A DNA stretch of 64,000 nucleotides, taken from the NCBI GenBank assembly GCA_964247055.1, contig OZ176058.1, positions 4,774,001-4,838,000 of the forward strand, in the 5' to 3' direction. A program made the translations under genes and the position numbers. The stretch's first letter is position 1. Each line of letters begins with the position of its first letter. This DNA is from Paragordius varius (lineage: Eukaryota > Animalia > Nematomorpha). The notes under the pieces are model-generated. The model did not search any database and was not told the origin of the DNA. It saw only the letters and a list, made by a program, of their open reading frames with translations. Of this stretch, positions 27,284-39,275 are shown in pieces.

Positions 27284-29244
27284 CAGTCATGTCTATATAG
27301 AATTGTCTTTTTTTTTTATTTAAATGATTATAATTTTTTTTTAATTGTTTTGATGTTTGATATGTCAACTTTCAACATGCGCATTTTTAAGCCTTAAAAT
27401 AATAATAGCCTATTTAGTGTAAGAATTTTTAATTTATAATTAAAAGATATTGCAAAATATTATTCTTGATGCACAACATGCACATATTGTAATTTTTATC
27501 TTTTGTAAAATATTAATTATAAAATTTTATTAATAAAGTTTAAACACACATAACCAAAATATAATTTAAAAGATAAAAATATTTATTGATTATAATATTT
27601 AAATAAATTTATAATTGTTTTCATTTTCTAGGGGTTTTCTTTGCATACATTCCAACAAAATATGTGAAGAAAAATTATAATAATTTTTTAGATTTTTTTC
27701 CCTTCTCTCTTCGCAAAGTCTTGCAATTTTATTATGTTGCTCTAGAGGGGTACTACACCGGGGTTTTTTATCATATTGATGTTTAATCTCATGAAAAAAA
27801 CATTCAATGGGATTCAGTTGTGGCGAATATGGAGGTAAATAAACTATTTTATTCCTTAGGTCACCTAACACCGCGGCTTTGTGAATAGGTGCATTATCGC
27901 AAACTATTATTGAACTTTCAGGAATTCTTGTTAAACATTCCGTCAAAAAAATTCGAAAATCATCGCCTCTAAAGGCGCCTTCTTTTGTTCTGTAATTAAT
28001 AACTCCCTGACAACCAATCATACATATCAATGAAACATTTTTTCCTAAAATAAATTCAAATTTTACCTTTGTTAAATCCCTCTACAATAGGAGATTTGCC
28101 CTTTGGAGCTCTACCCCATATATTTGTAAGTTTCAAACTGAAGCCTGACTCATCAATAAAAAAAACTTTTTCCTGTGGAATATCTTTCACCAATCTGGCA
28201 TAATTATAACGCTTTTCTATATTCTCTGGGGTGTTTCGTTCCCGAGGTTGTAAAATACACCTCTTTCGAGTAATTTCTGAATCCGAGAGAATTTTGTAAA
28301 TAGTTGCTCTGCATACTTTAATATGGTCTGGTATTTGTTCCATTATTTCATCGATTGTTAATTCACAATCATTGTTTATTAATCTTTTGACAGCATCTAT
28401 TATTTCTGGATTTCTGAATTTGTTACGCCGACCAGATTTATTTCTATCAGTAGAATTCCCAAGAATTATTTTTCTTCTTAATATATTTATAGATGTTAAG
28501 GACATATCAAAATAATCCAAAAAATAATTTGAGGGTTTTTCCAAATTTTTGGGATCAAAAAATAATTTTTTAGCTCTATCTATTTTTTCCTTATTCCAAA
28601 AATTATGTTCTAAAATTTAAAAATATTAATACTTTTATGTTTTATTTTTTCACGAGATAATTCATTTTCATTCAATGGAACATCCAAATCAGATACTACG
28701 AATTGTTATTTTTAAATACTTGAAGACTCTTCACTTGTATCCGATTCAAAAGTATAAACTGAGGGAGCTATGTTTTCCTTTAATATTGGATTTTGTTCTG
28801 AATTTTTATTTTTTAATATAAACCTTCAAGTACACTAGCTGCCGAGCAAAGAAGAAATAATGGGTTATCGTTGATATTCATAATTTTTAAAAATAACTCT
28901 AGATTTATGATTTATTTCTTTATATATATAGAGATTAATTGGACATCTGCTTGGGTTTTCTTATATATTTTAAGTGCATGTTAAAAACCCCTAGAAAATG
29001 AAAACATATATTAAACTTGGTTATCATAAATTACATGCGCATGTTGTAGATAAAATGTTCAAGAATAATATTTTGCAACATCTTTTAATTATAAATTAAA
29101 AATTCTTACACTAAATAGGCTATTATTATTTTAAGGCTTAAAAATGCGCATGTTGAAAGTTGACATATCAAACATCAAAACAATTAAAAAAAAATTATAA
29201 TCATTTAAATAAAAAAAAAAGACAATTCTATATAGACATGACTG
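27284..29244 (-). mobile_element. Full-length IS630/Tc1-like DNA transposon, 1961 bp, long TIRs, TA TSD
   Basis: TA(27282-3)|CAGTCATGTCTATATAG...CTATATAGACATGACTG|TA(29245-6). The outer ~185 bp of the TIRs are almost identical, and weaker similarity continues to about 27640/28981. The empty site with a single TA is seen in the mirror arm near 63630-63645. Confidence 0.97.
27599..28881 (-). CDS. DD30E transposase, 395 aa, 5 exons separated by 26, 24, 23 and 22 nt introns
   Basis: Exons 28881-28824, 28797-28720, 28695-28633, 28609-28067 and 28044-27599 total 1188 nt and give one open frame from ATG to TAA. Motifs: FIDESG, WGRAPKG, DNAPIH, LPPYSPQLNPIE. Confidence 0.92.
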
Positions 29245-29406
29245 TAATTAATTTACAAGATATCCAATTGATTGTACAATTTACATTTCATTTAATACCA
29301 GTTAAAACGATATATTATATTTAAAAAACAAGTGTTATTTTTCATTATTTTAATGTAAAAAACATTACAAAAAATTTTAAATAAGAAAATTTACAATTCT
29401 ATAATA

Positions 29407-29576
29407 CAGTAGCGTATGGCATAAAACAATATTAGTCCGTAAAAGAATCAAAAATGTTTTTTTTAAAAAAACAAGGGGATATTATGGATATGTGTATATA
29501 TAACTAGGCTTGTTTTTCAAAAAAAACATTTTTTATTTTATTATGGAATAATATTGTTTTATGCCATACGCTACTG
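29407..29576. mobile_element. Small palindromic MITE with CAGTAGCG termini and TA flanks; mirror copy at 63314-63470
   Basis: TA|CAGTAGCGTATGGCATAAAACAATATT...AATATTGTTTTATGCCATACGCTACTG|TA. Confidence 0.85.
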
Positions 29577-30303
29577 TAATGCCACGTACAGAGAACTTAA
29601 AATAAAAAAGCTAGCTAGAAATGAATGAATGTTTTACATAAGACGCTCTATTATGTAATTGGCCAGTTTGTAAATTCAATTTTCCCAGTAAAATTTATTC
29701 TAATTTTGTTTTTAATTGCAATTCAACATATCATATAAATTTGAAGGTTTATGTAGAATCGAAAACATTAAAAAAATATGTCGTCTGCTTTATTGAGCAA
29801 AAGATAAACCAAATTAGTTTCAACTTTCTATGTTCTGTCTTTATAATTTTAAATATTACTGTAAAAACTGAAATTACACGGACAAAACGTAAAAATATAA
29901 AGACAAATATTTTTTTCTAAAAGACAACCATACTTTTTAAATCTAAATTTATATCGATATAACTTATTGTTTTAAACGGCAAAATGTGAAATAGAGATAC
30001 ATAATACTAACATAATCAATTCTATATTTTAGTAACTAATTAGCTCATATGGGAAACATTTATGTTTTAAAAAGTATGGTTGTCTTTTAGATAAAAATAT
30101 CTTTAAATTTTCACGTTTTGTCCATATATTTCAAATTTTACTGTAATATAAGACAACATTCAATTATTTCAATATCATAATGAATTCAAAAAAATGATGT
30201 TTTAATATACAAAACAGGAATAACTAGATAAAAACATTTCAAATTTTTTGTATTTATTTCATTTTTACTGTATAACAACATCAATCAAATAAATAGGAAT
30301 ATA

Positions 30304-33300
30304 TTATAATTTCAAAATAATTAATGCCACGCACAGGAGTAAAACTAAAAAAGCCAACGAGAAAATGCATAAAAGTTTTCCATAAGACGCTCTGCTATGC
30401 AAAGTGGCCGCTTTAGTTAATTCGGTTAATCCTGTGCTTATGGTTTGTGTCGAATGTTCAATACTGTAATCTATACGATCTAACGTTGAACCCTATATAT
30501 GTATACAGTAAAAATTGAAATTATATAAAATTGCTACATTTTTATAAAATTTAAAAGAATATAAAAGAATTTTTTTTAGAGAAACCCGCTGAACTTTTTT
30601 TATACTAGATTTATTTAAAATTGTTCGAGGGTAAATTTGAATAGTAAATGGTATATATGTGTGTCTGTGTAAAATAAGCCCTCAAAAAAATATAATTGTA
30701 ATTTGACAAAAATCTTTGCTTATGTTTTCTTATAATTTAAATTTTTGTATAATATTTACAAGTTAGTTTATAGTTTAATTTATATTTTACGTTTGACAAA
30801 TAGTACTGTAGTAATCTAATTACCCCATAAATTCATTTAATTTTAACTAAATTATAATTGGGCAATAATAATATAAATTATTTTTCGGTATTTTTAAACC
30901 TATTTTTCAACTAATAAATTTAATATTACCTAACTAACTTTAAATATCTATGAACAAAAAAAGGTAAAAATATGCACAATAAGAGATGATTCTTAAATTA
31001 TTTTATAGTTTTATGTACTAAAAAAATTGTATTTTAAAAATATTTTAACAAAAAGATTATAATAACATTTTACCTGATCGTTTACCAATGTGCCAATATC
31101 GTGGAAAAGAGTATTTAAATCTTGAATAGATTGCACAAGACTGTTAATTTCTTTTTCCTTGTGCCTGTAATAACTCAATTCCCCATCAATGTCTGAAAAG
31201 AGTTTCTCCCTTTTTTGTAAGGATGTCTATATTTGGTAAATTATAAATAATTATTAATAAATTTTTTTTAAACATAATAATAATGTTTTTATTTGGAAAT
31301 TTTAAAAACTATCAAAAATTGTAAAAATTGTGTATATAGAAAAGCATGAATAATGAAATGTTTAATTTGAAAATAAAAAATATGAAAATTTTTGGAAAAA
31401 TATAATTAATCTAAATTTAAATATTTAACTTGTTTATAATTAAAATTATATTATATTTCCTAAATAATATTGATTCAATTTAAAAATTTTTAAAACTTTT
31501 AATACAATATAAATTTTTGAATAAATGTAGTATATAGATGGCGTTTATTTTTATTACTGCTAATTATTTAAAACCTTAAATTTTTTATAAACTAAACTCA
31601 TTATGAATTAGAAAAGGATAGATAGAAATAATTGCCTCAAACAATTTAATTAGATATTTCACACATTTGTGAATTAATTGGTTTTTCTTGAATAATTTTT
31701 TGAAATAAAAAAATTTGTCTTTATATTTTTACGTTTTGTCACTTCTATACATTCAAGTTTACTGTATAATTTAAAAAAAGCTTATATTTAAAAAACTATT
31801 ATATTATATTTCCTAATAATATTGTTTAAATTTGAAATTTTTTAATATTATAGTTAAAATTATCAAAAAAAATGTTATTTTTTAAAAAATTATTAATAAT
31901 ACAAATATCTTGTAATCCATATAATTATAAAGAAAAAATAAGTTTATGAAATCAATTATAGTTAAATTTACCAAAAAAAATGTTATTTTTAAATTATTAA
32001 CAATACAAATATCTTGAAATCCATATAATTATAAAGAAAAAAAAGTTTATGAAATCAATTATATACTATAAATTTCAAAATAAAATGTTTTATTTGAAAC
32101 TCGTAATTATAAATTAAAAAAAGAGTATCCAATATTTCGATATAAACTATTTAAAACTAACTTTTTGAAAGCGTTCAAAATTTGAGTTTAAGGAGTTATC
32201 AATTGATTGTTGATGGTTTATTATATCCATTTCAGACATTATAACATTATTATCGCTGGGGTGTTGAGAATTCGACGAAGTCAATTTATTTTCCCACAAA
32301 ATTTTTGTATTGATAGTTTCATCGTGTTCCTAAATAGTTTTTTTTATTATTACAGTAAAAATTAAAAGCAAAATACGTAAAATATAAAGACAAATATTTT
32401 TTTGTTTTCTAAAAGACAACCAACTCCATACTTTTTATTTAATATACCATTTACAATTCAAATCTACCGCGTACAACTCAAAATGACCCTCGAAACAATT
32501 AAAATCACTCTTGTAAACAATTCGAATTCACTCTTCAACTATTTGAATTCACCCTTGAACAATTCAAATTCACCCTGCGTACATTTCAAATTCACCTTTG
32601 ATCTATTAAATATCACCCTTGAACAATTTAAATTCACCCTTGTGAAATTCGAAATGATCCTTGAACTATTCAAATTTACCTTTGAACTATTAAATATCAC
32701 CCTTTTTAACATTTCGAATTCCCCCTAAACCAAATTATGTGTTTTGTTTAATATTAAAAATTACCTTTATTTTTTAATATTTTTCAACATATGAAATTGT
32801 GTTTAAAATTAATATAATGCTGAAAAAATATGAAACTATGTCCAAAAAAAAATATTTCATATTAATGATGAGTTATGTTAGATTGAAAGAAAACACATAA
32901 TATATTGTTCGAGGGTGGATTCGGATTGTAAATGGTATATACCTTAATATATTTAAAATATTACTTATTGTGTTTTGGGTTGCAAAATAAAGATTAGTTA
33001 TGTAAATTGTGTTAATCCACTCAATTATATATCATTTTAAAATAAAATTTCAAGTAGATTATAAGGGGAAAATTTCAAGGTGTGTAAAAGTATGGTTGGT
33101 TGTCTTTTTAAGAAAAAATTATTTATTGTCTTTATATTATTACGTTTTATAATATAATTACAATTTTTACTGTAATATTTTCATGATTAACATTTGCTTT
33201 TGTGGTTGTTTTATAATCCATGGTGGGGGTCGTATTGTATTGTTCATACAGTGTTTTAAATCTTTCAATTTCTAAGTAAATAATATTTATAAAGTTTATT

Positions 33301-36300
33301 ACAATTAATATTATTTAATATTAAACTACAAATGTTTTTAAGACGCCATACATTTATTTTTTCATTTAAATTTTAATATACCATTTGCACTTCAAAAGTG
33401 TCCTTAAACACTTCAAATTGGTCCTTGAACATTACACTTCAAGTTGGTTATTAAAATTTTTAAGTTTTGATTTAACCATAATTTTTACATATGTTTTTTA
33501 ATTTAATATTTTTTAACCTAATTCTCTTTATATATTTTATTCCTTAAAAACAAATAAAATCCAAAAACCACTTTTTTGTCTCAAACTAATTTTTTCCAAT
33601 TTAACCAAATTATTACCTTATGAATGTTTGAAATGAAAACTGTATTATTTAACCCAGAAAACTTTTTTGATTAGATGTTATAATCTTATAAATATCCAAA
33701 ATAATTTTAAGAAATAATAAATATATACGGTTTCTGAATTATTAAAAGTTAATATTGATTTAAAATTATGTTAATATATTGAAAATATGTCAAAAACGAT
33801 AAAGTAGATGAATGATTTACGATTTAATTGATAAAAATAAAAAAGAGAACAAACAAAGTCAAAGGACCAACTTAACGTGCAAATAGTATATTTAATATTT
33901 TTTCCAACCTTATTAAGACAAAAGTAAAAACATGAAAGGCGTTTTATTTGGTTTAAAACTCTTTATATTTAATTCACTCTAAAATTTAATAAAATTCGAA
34001 ATTTCATTTTTAAACTTTAAGATAAGTGGATTGACTTCGACGAAAAGACAAGGTTAAATCACACAATTTTTTAGCTGAAAAGTTGTTATATTGCGTTTGA
34101 GTTGCATTTCCTTAAGGCATTTTTTCAACAGAATTTGTTTCAAAACTCAAAAAATTAGTTATTTTATTCACTTTAAAACATTTTCAAAATTTCAATTTGG
34201 AAAATTTGAAAACTTTAAAACACCTTTAAGATAAGTAGATTGACTTCGGCGAAAAGACAGAATTATATATATAATGTTTAAATTGCATTTTTTGAAGCGT
34301 TTTTAAACAGAATTTGTTATAAAACTCAAAAATTAGTAATTTTATTTACTTTGTAACATTTAAAAACTTTAAAGCAAAACCTTTAAGGTAGGTGGGTTGA
34401 CTCCGTAGAAAACTCATATTACGATTAAATTGCATTTCTAAAGCGTTTTTTCAACAGAATTTGTTTTAAAACTCAAAAAATTCAAAAGTTTTTAAAGCAA
34501 AACCTTTAAGATAGTGGATTGACTTTGTCGAAAACTTAGGGTTAAATCACATTATTGTTTAGCTATAAAAGCTGTTTTTTTCGCTTAAGTTGCATTTCTT
34601 AAGCGTTTTTTTAACAGAATTGTTTCAAAACTCAAAAAAATTTCGAATTTCAAAGCAAAGCCTTTAAGATAAGTGGATTGACTTCGTCGAAAACTCAAGG
34701 TTAAATCACACGATTTTTTAGCTGAAAAAGTTGTTTTTTGCGTTAAATTCCATTTCTTAAGGCGTTTTTTCAATAGAATTTGTTTTAAAGCTCAAAAAAT
34801 TATTTTTATTCAATTTTAAAACTCAAAACTTCTTTAAACCTTTAAAATAAGTGGTTTGACTTCGTCGAAAACTCAAGGGTAAATCACACAATTGTTTAGC
34901 TAGAAACGTTGTAATATTGCGTTTAAGTTGCATTTCTTGAAGCGTTTTTATGAAGTATTTGTTTTAAAACTCAAAAAATTCGAATTTCAAGACAATCCTT
35001 TAAGATAAGTGGATTGACGTCCCAAAAGTAGCTGAAAAGGTTGTTTTTTGCGTTACCAATCAAGAAAATTCAAAAACTTAAAAGGAGAACCTTTAAGGTA
35101 AGTGGATTGACTTTGTCGAAAACTCAAGGTTTTACACAATTTTTAAGCTAAAAAAATTGTTTTTTTGCTTTTATGCATTTCTTTTTTCAACAGACTTTGT
35201 TTTAAAACGTTAAAATTAGTTATTTTATCCGCTTTAATACTTCGAAATTTTAATTTTAACCAGAAAAAAAGGAAACCTTTAAGGTAAGTGGATTGACTAC
35301 GGCGAAAAGACAAAGGTAAATTACACATTTTTTAGCTAAAAAGTTGTTTTATTGCGTTTAAGTTGCATTTCTTGAAACGTTTTTATTAAGAATTTGTTTA
35401 AAACTCAAAAATTAGTTATTTCATTCCTTTTAATTTTTAATTATTTTAAACAAAAAAATTGAAGGCAAAACCATTAAGATTAGTTGATTGACTACGACAA
35501 AAAGACAAGAAGTCATACAATTGTTTAGATATAAAAGTTGTTTTCTTGCATTTAAATATATTTCTTGAAACAGAATTTGTTTTAAAACTCAAAAATTAGT
35601 TTTTTTATTCACTTTGAAAATTTTTAAAATTTCAATTTTCAGAAAACAAAGGAGAACCTTAAGATGAGTGGATTGACTTCGTCGAAAACTCAAGGTTAAA
35701 TCACACGATTTTTTAGCTGAAAAAGTTGTTTTTTGCGTTAAATTCCATTTCTTGAAGCGTTTTTCAACAGAAATTGTTTTAAAATCAAAAAATTTATAAA
35801 TTTCAATTTCCAGAAAACTTTAAAGCAAAACCTTTAAGATAAGTAATTGACTTCGTCAAAAAGACAAGGTTAAGTCACACAATTGTTGGACTAAAAAAAT
35901 GTTTTTTGCGTTTAAAATGCATTTCTTGAAGCGTTTTTCAACAGAAACTCATGAAATTCAGAAATAAACCTTTAAGTTAAGTGGATTGACTTCGACAAAA
36001 AGTCAGAAATAAGTCACACAATTGTTTGCTTTTCTTAAAACTATTTTAAGCAAAATTTGTTTCAAAGTCAAAAAAATATTTTTTTAATGATTAAAAATTT
36101 CAATTTCCACAAACCTTTAAAGCGAAACCTTTAAGATAAATAGATTGACTTCCTCAAAAAAGACAAGGTTAATCCACACAATTGTTTAATTAGGAAAGTT
36201 GTTATATCACGTTTAAGTGGCAATTTTAAAGCGTTTTCAACAGAATTTGTTTTAAAACTCAAAAATTAGTTATTTTATTCACTTTGAAAATTCAAAAACT

Positions 36301-39241
36301 TTAAAGCAAACCTTTTAAGATAAGTAAATTGATTCCGTCGAAATGTCAAGGGTAAATTACACAATTTTTTAACTGAAAAAGTTGATTTTGCGTTTAAGTT
36401 GCATTTCTTTAAGCTTTTTTATAAGGAATTCGTTTTAAAACTCAAAAAAATTCAAAATTTCAAAACTTAAACTTTCAAGATAAGTGGATTGACTTCGTCG
36501 AAAAGACAAGGTTAAATCACACAATTGTTTAGCTAGGAAAGTTGTTTTATTACGTTAAAATGCATTTCTTGAAGCGTTTTTATGAAGAATTTGTTTTAAA
36601 CTTTCCAGAATATAGAAGCAAAACCTTTAAGATAAGTGGATTGACTTCATCGAAAAGACAAGGTTAAGTCACACAATTGTTGAACTAAAAAAGTTGTTAT
36701 ATTGCGTTTGCATTTGTTGAAGCGTTTTTCAACAGACTTAGTTTTAAAACTCTATTTTAACACTTTGAAACATTTTCAAAAATCAATTTCCAGAAAACTT
36801 AAAGCAAAACCTTTAAGGTAAGTGGATTGACTTCGACGAAAAGACAAGGTAAGGTCACACAATTGTTTCGCTAGAAACGTTGTTATATTGCGTTTGAGTT
36901 GCATTTCCTTAGGGCTATTTTTGCCTTCTTCTGTAATGGTGTTGTTATTGAGTTGATGTTGTTTTTGATTATTTATGCGTTTGACTAGTGATTGACAATG
37001 TTGTAACATCTATATTATATATATATATATATATAAATCTAAACCCTTAAACAATGTAAATTCACCTTTGATAATACTTTTTAAAACATTTTTACCTGTA
37101 ATAATTTATTCACTCTTCTTTAAAATATCAAGAATATTGGGGACATTTGTTAAAGTATAAATCAAAAAGGAATTATATAAAAAAAATTCAAAAAAGTATT
37201 TGTCTTTAAGAGTTATTTGCATTTCCTTTTTTATTTTTAACTTTAACATTCTGTTATTTTTAATTGTGTAATTTTTTTTAAAAAAAAAACTTTTTTTTCC
37301 GATATAAGGTTAACCCATACAATATACGTATCAATTCTCACAAAAATCTCAATAAATTCCATTTTTTTATCATTTTTTATTTTTTTGATAATACTTTAAC
37401 ATTTTCACCTGTATTTTTGTATTTACCTGAGTTATTTGTTTACTCTTCTTTAAAATATCAAGATTATTGGGGACATTAATTGAATATAAAATCAAAAAGG
37501 AATTACATAAAAAAAATATTTGTCTTTAATATTTTCATATGCTTTTTTATATATTTTTAACTTTAACATTATTTTTAATTGTGTAATTTTTATAAAAAAA
37601 ACTTTTTTTTCAGATATAAGGTTAACCCATACAATATATATTCTGCCAAAAAAATCTTAATAAATAGTCATTTTTATATTTTTTTAAATTTTTTGATAAT
37701 ACTTTAACATTTTTACCTGTAATATCTTAAATCGTGTAGTTTTTAAAAAAACATTTTTTTAAACATAACAATAACCCATAAAATATATGTTACATTTCTG
37801 ACAAAAAATAACAATAAATATCAATTTTTTGGACATTTCCAAATTTTTTAATTTTCGAAACATTTTTAAAACATTTTACCTGTAATATCCATTTTGTAGT
37901 TTTTTAAAAAAACTTTTTTTCAGATATAAAGATAACCCATACAATATGCGTGACAATTCTCACAAAAATCTCAATAAATATCCATTTTATATATTTTTAC
38001 AAATTTTTTGATTTTTTAAACATATTTACCATTTTTTAATTGTGTAGTTTTAAAAAACTTTTTTTCAGTAGATAACCCATACAATATATATGTCAATTCT
38101 CACAAAAATCTAAATAAATATCAATTTTTTTAGCAAATTTTTTGATTTATAAAAGTTTTTAGGAATTTCACCTGTAAAATCCTAAATCGTGTAGTTTTTA
38201 ATAAACTTGTTCAGTAATAAAAATAACCCATACAATATATTTGATAATTCTCATAAAAACCTCAATAAATATCAATTTTTTGGATCTATTTTCCAAATTT
38301 TTTGATTTATAAAAGATTTTTAAAAAATTTTTACCTGTAATATCCATAATTATGTAGTTTTAAAAAAACCATTTTTTAGATATAAAGATAACCCATACAA
38401 TATTTGTATCAATTCCCACAAAAATCTCAATAAATATCCATTTTTTTGGATTTTTTTGATTTTTATGATTTTTAAAACATTTTTACCTGTAAAATCCTAA
38501 ATCGTGTAGTTTTTAATAAACTTGTTCAGTAATAAAATCTCAATAAATATCCATTTTTTCCAAATTTTTTGATTTTAAAACATTCTTAAAAGATTTTTAC
38601 CTGTAATTTTCAATAATTTACCTGAGTTATTTGTTCACTCTTCTTTTGAATGTCGAAATTATTATTGGTGACATTTATTTTAGTGGAAAATAAAACAATA
38701 AAAAAAATTCAAAAAAATTTTTGTCCTTAAGAACACATTTAACATTTTTAACTGTAAATTATTGAAAAAACCATTTTTTCAGATTTAAAGATAACGTATA
38801 CAATATACGTAACAATTCTCACAAAAATCTCAATATATATCCATTTTTTTAGATTTTTTAGATTTTTATGATTTTTAAAACATTTTTACCTGTAATATCC
38901 ATAATTATGTAGTTTTTGAAAAAGACAATATATGTAACAATTCTCACAAAATTCTCAAAAAATATCCATTTTTATACATTTTTTCAATTTTTTATATTTT
39001 TTGATACCTTTTTAAACATTTTTTAAAACATTTTTAATTGTAATCTTGTATAATTTACCTGAGTTATTTGTTCACTCTTCTTTTGAATGTCAAGATTAGG
39101 ATTATTGGGGACATTTATTTGATTGGTATTATAAGTGGTATCATCTAAAGTTGGCATACTAACTTTCTTAACATGCAACGCATCTAATTCAATAATTTTT
39201 TGACCAATTTTTTCAATTCCATAGTTTACCTTAAATAGAGA

Positions 39242-39275
<34 letters not shown>

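Noticed and set aside
32402-32728. Heptad-like ORFs (also 40331-40519)
   Set aside because: Translations of 21-bp subrepeats of foldback-like elements.
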